This document shows, in pieces, positions 21,230-34,239 of a stretch of DNA of 46,621 nucleotides; position 1 is the first letter of the stretch, and each line of letters opens with the position of its first letter. Both the position numbers and the translations under genes were made by a program. The notes beneath the pieces are model-generated. The model was not told the DNA's origin. It saw only the letters and a list, made by a program, of their open reading frames with translations, and ran no database searches. The stretch comes from Octopus sinensis. Lineage: Eukaryota. The stretch is taken from positions 1 to 46,621 of the forward strand of contig NW_021835202.1 in NCBI RefSeq assembly GCF_006345805.1, written 5' to 3'.

Positions 21230-21380
21230 TGTAACAAATTCCACACAGTTTCCATCTATCAAATTCAAGGAGAAGGCACTGGTCAGCCCGGGGCTACGGT
21301 AGAACACATTTGCCCAAATGACGCGCGCCGGGATTGAACCTGGAACCGTGTGATTGCGAGCTTCTTGACCACGCCGCCAT
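21230..21380 (-). mobile_element. SINE family A head, old and diverged
   Basis: GGATTGAACCTGGAACCGTGTG and TTGCCCAAATG correspond to the reverse of the B-box and CTTGGGCAAG motifs. Confidence 0.65.
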
Positions 21381-21722
21381 ATACAAGTACTTGATGGCAT
21401 GAGTTATGCTTTCTCTAATTGTTTTTTTTTTGCATGTTTAATCAGGAACATACATAAACTACCTTTCAAACCCAATCGTCTTCGATCCAGCGGCACATCC
21501 AGGGATGTACTGCTGAATGAGGTGGGCGTTGCACACGCATCGAGATGAGTACACATTACAGCTGAGTAGAGTGATGCAATGGAAAATAAAGTGTCGTGCT
21601 CAAGAACACGACACGCTGCTCAGTCCAGCATATTTGAACTCACAGCCTTATGTGTTCAACACGCTGATCCCTGGGGCACGTGCTTTTACTTTCCATCGAA
21701 TCAAGCCATATAAAACAGCATG

Positions 21723-22247
21723 AATAATCTTTTCTACTCAAGGCACAAGGCCTGAAATTTTTGGGGAGGATGCCAGTTGATTGGGCTGACCCCAGTACGC
21801 AACTGGTATTTCGTCACGGCAGACGAAATACCTATTTCTTTACTACCCACAAGGGGCTAAACACAAAGAGGACAAACAAGGACAGACAAACGGATTAAAT
21901 CGATTATATCGATCCCAGTGCGTAACTGGTACTTATTTAATCGACCCCGAAAGGATGAAAGGCAAAGTCGACCACGGCGGAAATTGAACTCAGAACGTAA
22001 CGGCAGACGAAATACCTATTTCTTTACTACCCACAAGGGGCTAAACACAAAGAGGACAAACAAGGACAGACAAACGGATTAAATCGATTATATCGACCCC
22101 AGTGCGTAACTGGTACTTATTTAATCGACCCCGAAAGGATGAAAGGCAAAGTCGACCACGGCGGAAATTGAACTCAGAACGTAACGGCAGACGAAATACC
22201 GCTAAGCATTTCGCCCGGCGTGCTAACGATTCTGCCAGCTCGCCGCC
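21723..22247 (-). mobile_element. Head-to-tail SINE family B array: one full copy, one 184-bp truncated copy and one deleted variant
   Basis: Tails start at 22017 and 21833, each preceded on the plus strand by CGGCAGACGAAATACC. Confidence 0.9.
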
Positions 22248-22705
22248 TTTAAAACAGAAGGAATAACGTGTACGGTGATACATAATACCTGCTGTCTCAT
22301 AAAATAATTGACAGGATGGTTGAGACTGGATCATCGATAGAATGGTCGAGGCTGGGTTTTCTTTGAACCTATCTCTGCTTAATTATGACTAACCTGAGGT
22401 TATATAGCAAATTGTTTCATGAAGTCCTTCAACATGATTGACGTCGCAAGAAAATCCTCTTAAAGTGATACTGTATGGCTGAAAATATGGAAGAGGCGCA
22501 TAATGCGGTCTTCGGTCCTAGTATACATGGATGGTCATGGCTAGAGTGTCTTCGATCTGTCGGTCTGTACGGAGTTGACTTTGGATAAAACAGTAGCAAC
22601 TTTCTCGTTGAAGTCGCAACACGTTATTTTTACACGACACTCGCTCGAGTTGCCAGTAATAGCAGCGAAATCTATCTATAAAAAGAAATGGCATGTTTGG
22701 CTTAC

Positions 22706-22910
22706 CCTTTCTCCTATGGGCACAAGGCCTGGAATTTGGGCTAAGCGGCGCTAGTCGATTTCATCGACCCCAGAGCTCAAGCGGTACTTATTTTATCGAC
22801 CCGAAAATGATAAAAGGCAAAGTCAACCTGGATGGTATTTGAACTTGGTGCGGATGAAATGCAGCGAAGCATTTTGTCCCGTCTGCTAACGTTTCTGCCA
22901 GATCTCCGCC
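22706..22910 (-). mobile_element. SINE family B, alternative-tail variant, diverged
   Basis: TTTATCGACCCGAAAATGATAAAAGGCAAAGTCAACC...TTTGAACT. Confidence 0.8.
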
Positions 22911-23424
22911 TTGTAACGTTTGGATGCTAAAGACGTGATGGTCACTATTAGTAAAATGTTTGATCCAAGATTCCTTCGACCAGGGCTGACCTGTAAGTAA
23001 ACGGCAACAATGACCGATTGACGAACTGCAGTAACCCACAATGACATTGTCTTGCTTTAAATGCAATGACACTACGCCAGCAACAGGTTCGAACCTACAG
23101 TTGTTAATATGGAATTCACCAACATTATGCAGACGGCCACGTGTCCCTTTTCTCGCACTATGATACATTTTTCACTCTTCCTTTTAACACTAACTTAGAA
23201 GCACTTCAATCAGTTACCTCCCCCCCCCCTCTCTCTCTCTCTCTCTCTCAATCAATCTCTCTCTCTCAATCTCACGCTTTGACTCTCCTTCATTCTCTCT
23301 CTCTCCCTTTCCTTCTGTGTATGTTATCTACCTATCGATCGATTTTCTATCTATGCATTTATCTATACCTCTCTATATCTAACAGTTCATCTATCTATAT
23401 TTAACTCTCTATATAGTCATTTCT

Positions 23425-23428
23425 CTCA

Positions 23429-23500
<72 letters not shown>

Positions 23501-23677
23501 GTCTATCGGTCTATTTGTCTATCTATCTATCAATATGTCTGTTCATCTGTCTATCTATCTATCTGTCTATCTATCTATCTGTCTATCGGTCTATCTGTCT
23601 ATCTATCTATCTGTCTATCTATCTATCTGTCTATCTGTCTCTCTGTCTATCTATCTATCTGTCTATCTGTCTGTATG

Positions 23678-23740
<63 letters not shown>
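23425..23740. repeat. (CTAT)n/(CTGT)n compound microsatellite
   Basis: Directly visible. Confidence 0.95.
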
Positions 23741-23883
23741 CAATCTATCTATATTCATCCCCCTCTCGCTATTTATCTCTTTATACTTCCTTCCCTAAGC
23801 TTTCCCTCTCCCCCTCTCTCCGTCTCACACACACACTCTCTCTCCTTTCTATTTCTGCTCTCTTATTTTCTCTTCAGTTATTT

Positions 23884-23920
<37 letters not shown>

Positions 23921-24289
23921 TATCTATGTATCTATCTCTCAGACACACTCTCTCTCTCCACACATAAACTCATAAATTACACAAACATACACAGATGCAG
24001 TAAAGCCAGAATTACTAGCAAGAGTAGTAGTAGTAGTAGTAGTAGTATAGTAGTAGTAGTAGTAGTAGTGGCAGCTGTTCTTTTTAACACTAGGCAATCC
24101 TAGTCGGCACAAGCAGCCCTATAATCAAGGGTGACCGAACGACGACTGTCCTGGCGCAATGTATGTTGGATTACATTATCCAATGTGCCATCTGTTGTTT
24201 TGTCGTTCCTACGACGGAGGACCGGATTTAAAGGGAAGGGTTTTAACTGCATTTTCTTGCAGACCTCATCGACCATGTAAGAATACATC

Positions 24290-24346
24290 ACTAGCAGCGG
24301 CAGCAGCAGCAGTACTAGTAGTAGTAGTAGTAGTAGTAGTAGTAGC

Positions 24347-24381
<35 letters not shown>

Positions 24382-24930
24382 GGCGGCAGCAGCAGCAGTG
24401 GTGGTAGTGCTAGTAGTATCGGCAGGAGCAGCAGTAGTATTAGTATTAGAGGTAGCAGTGGCAGCGATGGTTGTAGTACCAATGAATGAGCTAGCACTAG
24501 TAGTTCTGGCAGTAGTAATTAATAGTAGTTGTAGTGGTGGTGGTAGTGGTCGTAGTGGTCGTAGTAGTAGCTGCAGTTCTTGTAGTAGTAGTAGTGGTAG
24601 TGGTAGTGGTAATAGTAGTGGTAGTAGCGATAGTATTATTAGTAGTAGGAGCAGCACTAGTAACTACATGAAAAGTACTGGTGACAAAGGTGATAGTAGT
24701 AGTAGTAGTAGTAGTAGTTGTAGTAGTGGTAGTAGCGATAGTATTATTAGTAGTAGGAGCAGCACTAGTAACTACATGAGAAGTGTTGGTGACAAAGGTG
24801 ATAGTAGTAGTAGTAGTAGTAGTAGTAGTAAATCTATAACACGAATACTGATACTACTACTACTACTACTACTACTACAACTACTAGTATTATGATCACC
24901 CACTATCACTACTGCTACTACTACTATTAG
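24290..24930. repeat. (TAG)n/(CAG)n/(TAC)n trinucleotide field containing a 108-bp direct duplication
   Basis: AGTAGTGGTAGTAGCGATAGTATT...GGTGACAAAGGTGATAG occurs at about 24614 and about 24722. Confidence 0.9.
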
Positions 24931-24975
24931 TACTGCTACTAATTTGTCACTATAAATATGTGGATGCACGATTAG

Positions 24976-25011
<36 letters not shown>

Positions 25012-25023
25012 CGTATGTGTGTG

Positions 25024-25055
<32 letters not shown>

Positions 25056-25190
25056 CAGAGAGGGAGAGAGAAAGAGAGACACAGAGAGAGGCTGAGAGAT
25101 ACATACATACGTGCATACGTACAGAAATCCATACAGGGATACACATAAACAAAAGTATACGTGTGGTGTGTGTGTGTGTGTGTCTGTGTA

Positions 25191-25221
<31 letters not shown>

Positions 25222-25472
25222 CTGTGTGTCTGTGTGTCTGTGTGTTTGCATGTATGTATGTATGTAGTGATAGATACGTCCTCACGCATTTCATTCATTT
25301 CGTTTTAAAAACCTCACACAGCAAATATCTGTCGCTCTATCTACGAGTGTCTATATGTTTATAGGTATGTACATGTGTAGATATATACTATATAAAGTCT
25401 CATTCACACACATATACGCATACATACACTTACACACAGAAACAAAATTTATATAAACACACACGCATGCAG

Positions 25473-25527
<55 letters not shown>

Positions 25528-25737
25528 ATATCTATATATATATACGTGTGTGTGTGTACCTGTGTTTGTGTATTATACACCTATACTATATTCATGTATG
25601 TGTTTATGTAATGTATGTATACATGCATATACATATACATATCTATATGTGCGTGTGTGCGTGTGCATGTGTAATAATACATAATTAGCTATATATTTAT
25701 ATATACATATACTTATGTGTGTATGTTTGTATGATGT

Positions 25738-25780
<43 letters not shown>

Positions 25781-25913
25781 TTAAACACACATATATATAA
25801 ATATATACATATATATATATACAGACATATATATATGTGTGTGTGTGTATGTATGTAATAAATGCAAGTATAAAGACACTTTGCATCAATTTCTGTTTAT
25901 CTATCTATCTACC

Positions 25914-25952
<39 letters not shown>

Positions 25953-26619
25953 ATTTATGTATGTATGTATATGTATGTATATATGTATATGTATGTATAT
26001 ATGTATATGTATGTATGTATATATGTATATGTGTATATGTATGTATATGTATGGATGTATATATCTATGTATATATATATGTATATATATATATATATGC
26101 ACAGACAGACAGAGAGAAAGAGAGGATACACTTGTCGGTCTGTCTGTCTATAGATCAATTTGTCTGTATATCTATCTATTTGCCCATCGATTTCTCCTTC
26201 TATCTATCTATCTACCTGTCTGTCTGTCTGTCTGCCACCGTATATCTCTCCATCTCTCTCTCTCTCTCTCTCACACACACTTTTTCTGTCTCTCTCACTT
26301 ACTCTCTCTCTCTCTCTCTCTCCTTACATTTTGACCAGTTTTCTCTAGCGTTTTTGGTCTATAACACCCTTCGTCTCTCCTTCTCTCTCCCTCTCTCCCT
26401 CTCTCTCTTCCTCTCCCTCTCCCTTACTCTGTCATGCTAATGCACACACTAGTAGTAGTAGTAGTAGTACAATGTGAAGAAGAACAGGAACTAGAAGAAC
26501 AACAAGAAGATGAATTGGAAGAAGAAAAGAATAATGAGGGAAAGGTGAAAGAGGGAAAGGTGCGATGTGTAAGTACTAATAGCTGCGAAAGCAGTAGCGA
26601 CATCAGCACTATGGGCAAG

Positions 26620-26695
26620 AGAAGGAAGGAAGGAAGGAAAGAAGGAAGAAAGGAAGGAAGGAAGGAAGGAAACGATAGGTAGGCAGGTATGGATG

Positions 26696-26730
<35 letters not shown>

Positions 26731-26742
26731 GGATAGATGGAG

Positions 26743-26784
<42 letters not shown>

Positions 26785-26867
26785 GCAGAAGGATAGATAG
26801 ATAGATAGATAGGTAGGTAGGTAGGTAGGTAGATAGATAGATGGAGAGATAGATAGATAGATAGATC

Positions 26868-26906
<39 letters not shown>

Positions 26907-27131
26907 AGAAAAAAACCAAAGACAGGAATAACATTAAGAGAAAGTAAGAAAGAAAGAATGAAATAAAAAAGGAAGAATGAATGAATGGATGAAAAAAGAA
27001 AGAAAGAAGAATACGATAGATAGATAGATAATGAAAAGAACGAAAGACAGGTAAAAAATAAGAGAAAGAAAGAATGAATGAATGAATGAATGAATGAATG
27101 AATGGAAGTAAAAAGAAAGAAAGAAGAATAC

Positions 27132-27185
<54 letters not shown>
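26620..27185. repeat. (GGAA)n, (GATA)n, (GAAT)n and (GA)n purine-rich microsatellites
   Basis: Directly visible. Confidence 0.95.
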
Positions 27186-27320
27186 TAAAGACTGGAGACA
27201 GAAAGAAGCCCGAGCGAGCGGAACATTCAGAAAGTGACGGTGGTGGGAGCAGCGGAGATGTGACTGATGTATACAAATGCTGAAGATGGCGGCGGTAGCG
27301 TCGAGAGTGTAAAAAGTGTA

Positions 27321-27324
<4 letters not shown>

Positions 27325-27354
<30 letters not shown>

Positions 27355-27750
27355 GGAGACAGAGTGAGAGAGAGAGGAAGGCAGAGTGAAAGAGAAAGAG
27401 AGAGGAAGACAAAGTGAAAGAGAAAGAGATAGGAAGACAGTGAAAGAGAGAGAGAGAGGGAGACAGAGTGAAAGAGAAAGAGAGAGGAAGACAGAGTAAA
27501 AGAGAGAGAGAGAGGAAGACCGAGTGAAAGAGAGAGAGAGAGGAAGACAGAGTGAAAGAGAGAGAGAGAGGAAGACAGAGTGAAAGAGAGAGAGAAAGAG
27601 AGAGGGAGACAGTGAAAGAGAAAGAGAGAGGAAGACAGAGTGAAAGAGAAGAGAGAGGAAGACAGAGTGAAAGAGAAAGAGAGAGGAAGACAGAGTGAAA
27701 GAGAAAGAGAAAGAGAGAGGGAGACAGAGTGAAAGAGATAGAGAGAGAGA
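27325..27750. repeat. Purine-rich minisatellite, unit about 26-30 bp (GAGAGGAAGACAGAGTGAAAGAGA...)
   Basis: About 14 tandem units. Confidence 0.9.
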
Positions 27751-28141
27751 GGGTGGGAGGGAGGGAGGTAGGGAGTCTACAGCAGCGGCAAGAGCAGCAG
27801 CAGCCTGAATCAGCTGCACCGACACCACTACCTTCAGCGGCAGTAACAGGCGCAGCAGCAGCATCAGCAGCAGCAGCAGCCGCAAACACAGCAGCAGCAG
27901 CGCTACCATATATCCGAGCTTAACCACGTTTTCACAACCTTGTATTTACTTTGCCTCCTGAATAATCGTGTGGTACAGCAGCTGACATTTAATTTGTTTG
28001 TGTGTGCAACTCGAACCTGCCATCCGCCGAATTGCCGCTTTTTTTTCCTCTCTCTGTCTATCCGTCAGGTTTTTTTCTCCCTCTTTCTCTCTCTCTCTTT
28101 CTTTACTCACTCACTCACTCTCACTTTCACTTTCACACACA

Positions 28142-28192
<51 letters not shown>

Positions 28193-29231
28193 TATATATA
28201 TATCTACAAACATGTATGGGTAATATAGATATGTATGTATATATAGTATGATATATACATATATCTACATGTATATATAAGTTTATTTATACATATCTAG
28301 TTACTTCTGCTTTGATCAGCTCTGATCAGTTTGTGTCCGGTATCGTGTAACAACGGAAAGCATGCCGTGAACAGCAACAACAACAACAACAACTATATCA
28401 AGATGGCTAACCTATAAACACAAACACACATGCATAAATAGCTGTATACATCCATAAATACATATATACTTGTTCACAAATACACATACACACACACACA
28501 CACGTGTGCATACATACAAATTCATTCATATATAGACATACGTTCTCGCATACATATATAGACACATATATACATACATACATACACAAACACACACAGA
28601 CACACATATATATAGATATATATATATAATTATATAGATAGATATATATATACATACATACACACATCAGTACACGCACACACATACACAGATATATATA
28701 TGCATATATATACGAGCGCATACATCATGTAAAAATTCACATGTATGTATATAAATAATCACACATACCCATACTCACGCACTCTCAGCTACAGCCACAC
28801 CCAGCCAGAGCACACACAAACACATACTCATTGGTATGCATACCTTTATATACACAAACAAACGAAAGGAGAATATATATAATTAAAAAGAAGAAACGAA
28901 AATTAAAACAACTGGAAAATCCCGCAAAGGAAAAAAAAAAAGGGGGCTGAATACGAGGCAAAAAAATAACACACACAAATACAAAAAAAAATGAGAGAGG
29001 GAAAATGATAAATGTAATGCAATTAATACTGGCGATGGTAACATTCTTGATCAGGAATATGACGATGATGATGATGATGATCATGATGAATACAATGATG
29101 ATAATGATGATGATGATGATGACAACGACGACGATGATGATGATGGCATATACTACGGGAGATGCGACGTACAGTGACCCGCCAAAATGATGGAATATAA
29201 CATTACCGAGTATTATAACAACCACGATACC

Positions 29232-29276
<45 letters not shown>

Positions 29277-30329
29277 CTGTTTTATCATCATATATCAATG
29301 ATTATTGAAAAGGTAAATAAAAAAATAAAATTTTAAAAGAAAAATAAAAAAAAACAAGGAAGAAATCAACCTTTGTCACAGCCATCACAAACACGATGAT
29401 AAAAATAATTAATTAATTAATTAAAAATATAATAATAAAAAAAAATAATATTATAATAATTATCAATAATAATAATAATAAAAATAATAATAATAATCGT
29501 GTTCCTTTTTGCTGGATGAAGATTTTTCCTACGTTCTCATTCGGAAAGGATTTAACCATTTTTCTGTGAGCTTTTAATTAAAAAAAGGAACTTATTCTGG
29601 CCTATGTTGACATCTATTGCAAGGAGCTGGTTGGTTTTATACGTACCCACATGTATATATATATATACACTTACTAGTATACATACATATATATATATAC
29701 TACAATAAAGAAGATTTTAATTTTTTTTCCATGTACATACACATCCAACACTTCCTCCTCCACCACCACCACCACCACTACCACCAACACCACTACCACC
29801 AACACCACATGTCTCGTTTGTTACAGTGTAACACCAGCACCAACATTCGAACCATCACCCGCTACCCCCGCCGTCACACTCCCCCACCCCGTGTACTTCA
29901 AAGCCTGTTTATTATATATATATATATTATATATATATATACACCGACCCCCCCCCCTCTTTGCAAGTACCCGTAAACAATTTAAATTTTATATGTACAC
30001 TCGCACTACCCCACCCACCCTCCGCTTTACAAGACCACCGTCGCTCGATTGTCCATTCCAACTGACCACCACCACGTAACTACTATATACACCTCCACAC
30101 CAACACCGACACTGTAACCACTACCATTTATTTCCAACATCACCAACACCTCCAGCACCACCTCCACCTCCTTCGCCGCCGCCACCACTACCACCGCCAC
30201 CACCATCTCCATCATGGCACAATGTCCAACACGTTGGTCATTTTCTCATCTACCACGGGTGGTGCTTGTTGATGTCCTTCTTGTTGTATAACTTTGTTTT
30301 TTTCACCCACCACCCACCCCACTTCGATT

Positions 30330-30745
30330 CAGCTCCCATTCTTCTTCTTCTTCTTTCTTCTTTCTTCTTCTTTCTCTCTTTTTCTTTCTTCTTCTTCTTC
30401 TTCTCTTCTTTTCTTCTTTTCCTTTCTTTCTTTCTTTTTTCTTCTTCCCTTCTTTTTCTTCTTCTTCTTCTTCTTCCCTCTCCTAGTTCTTCTTCCACTT
30501 CTTTCTTCTCCTTCTTCTTTTTTCTTCTCTTTCTCCTTCTTTTTCTTTCTTCTTCTTCTTCTTCTTCTTCTTCTTCTTCTTCTTCTTTCCTTCTTCTTCT
30601 CCCTCTTCTTCTTCTTCTGGTCCTTTTTCTTCTTCTTTCCTCTTCTTCTTCTTCTCTTCCTTCTTCTTCTTCTTCTTTCCTCTTCTTCTTCTTCTCCTTC
30701 GTCTTCTTCTCCTCCTCCTTCTCCCTCTTCTTCCCTCTTCTTTGC
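30330..30745. repeat. Imperfect (CTT)n polypyrimidine tract
   Basis: About 400 bp, almost exclusively C and T. Confidence 0.95.
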
Positions 30746-31357
30746 ATCATTCGTTTTGTGACTCCTGCTTTATCCTTCACATCACTTTTTCTCTATTACT
30801 GCCGCCGACGCCGCCGTCATCGTCGTCGTCGTCATCATCATCATCATCGCCGTCGTCGTTGTTGTTATTGTTGTACCCGAATTCTTTGTTACTTTTGACC
30901 TTCTCAACCCAGACCCCCGCCCATCCTCCTCTCCAACTCCCCTTTTTTTCTCTACCCCCTTGTCCTTAATAAATCTCGTCCTCTTAGACTTCTGAAGCTT
31001 CATGGTTGTCATCGCTACGTTCATCGTTCCCGCATTTTGCTGTTGCTGAGGTCCAGCTCGCCTCCCCCCCCCCCCCCAACTCAGCTGATGGATAGATTCA
31101 TGAAAGTCAACCCAATCGTGACCATTCCTTCGTTCTGACCCTAGTCGTGTGGGATTTACATTCACCAATCTGTTCCTTCCTTCCTTCCTTCCGTCATTCG
31201 TTCCTTAAGAGGGTAGCATATAATTAAAAGGAATCTAGTTGCTATTTCTAGCAGACCACACTTCTTTCCGGTTAGGTGTTACTGTTGTTGCTATTGCTGT
31301 TGCTCTGCTTTCTATTGTTGTTGTTGCTGTTGTTGTCGTTGTCGCCGTTGCGTTTGG

Positions 31358-31465
31358 TCTTGGTGCACAGGTCAATAACTGCTACTACTACCACTACTAC
31401 AACTACTACTACTACTACTACTAGTACTACTATTACTGCTACTACTACTACTACTATTACTGCTG

Positions 31466-31502
<37 letters not shown>

Positions 31503-31636
31503 CAGCACCACCAAAACCGAAACCATCACCCCTCAATACCATCATCAAAACCATCACCCCACCACCTTCATATCGGCGCCTAAGTACAACCGCCAAGTAA
31601 AAGACATTGCAGACATGGAAGGAACATAGCTAGCGT
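31358..31636 (+). repeat. Duplicated cassette, copy 1 (TCTTGGTGCACAG-(ACT)n-unique 136 bp)
   Basis: Homologous to 32786-33034, with 4 substitutions in the unique part. Confidence 0.95.
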
Positions 31637-32289
31637 GTTTTGTTGTTGTTCTTGTTGTTGTTGTTGTTGTTTTTTCTCCTTCTTCTTCTTCTCTTCTTCT
31701 TCTTCTTCATCTTCTTTTTCTTCATCTTCTTCTTCTTTGTTTTATCGTCGTCTTCATATTTGCTTGCTTGCTTGGTTGGCGATAGGTGACGATCAAACAC
31801 ACAGACATTTGAAACTTAGAGTAGGGTGACGGGGAGTACTGATGTCCAGAAGGATTGAAAGAATGTTGAAGAAGAAGAACAAGAACAAGAACAAGATGAA
31901 TGACTGAGAAACAAAAAGACGGTTTACAAGCACAAACTTCCTTTCCTGCAAAGTAAAAAAAAAAAAGCCATTGGTTTATCTCCATAAATAATTGTGATTA
32001 AAATCGATTGAATAATATCCCTGTATAATGCTGGTAGATTGATAATGTTAACCAAACAGAAGATGAAAAGAGAATTGAACATGTTAAATACAAAAAAAGT
32101 CAACGTTAGGATACTGAGAGATTTGAACTCGACACCCATTTGTAAGTGTTGAAAATGAAGTCCATCAGCCAGCGCAGTCTTGCTGTTATTATTTTACCGT
32201 AGATGAGGTTACATCAGGGTATTTCGATTGGGTTTCGCGTTTTTATGAAAAGTATTACTTGCTGGTCCCACCACACAAGTGTCTTTATT

Positions 32290-32755
32290 TATTCAGGCTT
32301 AAAATACCGAAGGTTACACAATCTACAGTTTATATAACACACCCGAAGACAGTGTACTGCTGGTAAGGCCCACCCTATTGGCCTTTCACTGCACATACCT
32401 AAAATATCTAAAATTACATTATCTACAGCTTATATAACACATCCGACGACAATGTATTGTTGGTAAGGCCCACCCTATTGGCCTTATCTGCACAGACCTA
32501 AAATATCTAAAATTACATTATCTACAGCTAATATAACACATCCGACGACAATGTATTGTTGGTAAGGTCCACCCTATTGGCCTTGTCTACCCAGGCATAA
32601 AATATCGAAGAGTACCCGATCTACAGTTTATTTTGCAAACTCGCAGTCAATATACAGATGATAAGGCCCGGTCTATTCGTCTTATCAACCCAGATTAAAA
32701 ATATCTAAGATTACATTACAGTTTATATAACATACCCGAAGTCAATGTAGAGATA
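32290..32755. repeat. Minisatellite, period about 99-100 bp, 4-5 units
   Basis: ATCTACAGTTTATATAACAC...GGTAAGGCCCACCCTATTGGCC...AAAATATCTAAAATTACATT starts at 32321, 32421, 32520 and 32619. A degenerate unit lies near 33050. Confidence 0.9.
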
Positions 32756-32785
32756 AAAAGGTCCAGTTTACTTTTTTTCTTCTAC

Positions 32786-32805
32786 TCTTGGTGCACAGGT
32801 CAATA

Positions 32806-32894
<89 letters not shown>

Positions 32895-33034
32895 CAGCAC
32901 CAGCACCACCAAAACCGAAACCATCACCCCTCAATACCATCATCAAAACCATCACCCCACCACCTTCATATCAGCCCCTAAGTACAACCGCCAAGTAAAA
33001 GACACTGCAGAAATGGAAGGAACATAGCTAGCGT
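32786..33034 (+). repeat. Duplicated cassette, copy 2
   Basis: See 31358-31636. Confidence 0.95.
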
Positions 33035-33869
33035 CGAAATACATTACGTACACTTTATATTATATACCCGAGGCGATGTTCAGATACTGAGACCTACCCG
33101 GTTTATGTACACAATTATCTTTCCCAAGTTAGTCTCTAAAAAAAAATCTCTACTGATTTAAACCATCGTCTAGTCCAGAGATGACTTGACTTTACTAGCC
33201 CTTCTTGAATTCCCTCTATCCCTGTATGGTCGTGCTATTCTACTTACTGTTCTATTTTAGCCCCGCAATATATAAAAACGAATTTGCACTCAACTCCTGG
33301 CATTAAGTTCGAAACAGCGAGTTCAATGATTCTTGTACAATCACTGACTCGAAATACTCATTGAGGTTGATCACAAGTGTATTCTTCAAAGGGATGTAGT
33401 TTTTTGGCTGCATTTCTTGTGATCGGTGTGTTATGGCAGCGGTTACTAATATCGTTGTTGTTGTCGTTGTTCTCGTTCTTGTTCTTGTTGTTGTTGCGGT
33501 TGATATTTACTCCCATGTTAGTCCTCAGTCAACAGGTCAATGATCAAAGATCTATTTGCCAGCAATATCTATCCCATTATTTTAGTCCGATATAGTATAT
33601 ACTGTAGCACACTGTTCTTCACGTCTTCTTTTTAGACAGTTAGGTGTGTTTTGAGGAAGAATAGGCTGCCATTTCTTGCAGTTAAGACACTACGCAGAGA
33701 GTCGCTCTTTGATATATAGTACCCACAATATAGTTTGTTCGGTTTTATTTTTCTTCTAGACTTTGTAAACGGATATGGTCATGGCATTCTGAAGTGCTCT
33801 CTGATTAATCGTATTGCTCTGTTAATATTGTTATCTAAGCAAGTTAACAGCTGCCGGATTAATATGTAG

Positions 33870-34085
33870 ACGAGAGAAGTTTAAGGGAAGCGACGTTCTG
33901 ACGACGAAGAGCAGCAAATAGTTGTCCATTGGAGGGGGTACGTGGACACAAAACAGTAGGGGTAAAGGAGAGTAAAGTTAATAGAGAATTCCTTCGGAGT
34001 GAGGTTGGCACGTGACGTAACCAGTTCCAAGGAACAGAGGCCATTGCAGTAGCGGTAGAACATCCAAGGAGAGGATATAGAATCT
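33870..34085 (-). pseudogene. Decayed CR1/Jockey-type LINE C-terminal remnant
   Basis: SPWMFYRYCNGLCSLEL resembles the conserved LFYRYYNGxCSxEL motif of these elements. Confidence 0.55.
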
Positions 34086-34204
34086 ATTTGAATCAGACGA
34101 TGGGATGTGTTTATGAGTGACTCGTTGTAAAATCAGTCAAGTGGCTTCCCCTTCGAATGCGGCCTAGGATGGCTTTGTGTGTGCGCGTGTGTGTATGTGT
34201 GTGT

Positions 34205-34239
<35 letters not shown>

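Noticed and set aside
22938-22998. Short frame MVTISKMFDPRFLRPGLT ending at a consensus GTAAGT donor
   Set aside because: There is no recognisable homology or matching acceptor, and such hexamers are frequent by chance in AT-rich DNA.
26491-27927. 478-aa ORF and other long ORFs (24100-24895, 30250-30898, 37919-38682, and the many YIYI, CVCV and LSLS ORFs)
   Set aside because: They are translations of di-, tri- and tetranucleotide repeats that lack stop codons. There is no domain content and many begin at non-ATG codons.
31276-31370. Signal-peptide-like Leu run in front of the Thr-rich ORF
   Set aside because: It starts at GTG, derives from a (GTT)n microsatellite and is absent from the second copy of the cassette.
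32290-32755. CRISPR-like array
   Set aside because: The whole unit is repeated with no unique spacers, the context is eukaryotic and no cas genes are present.
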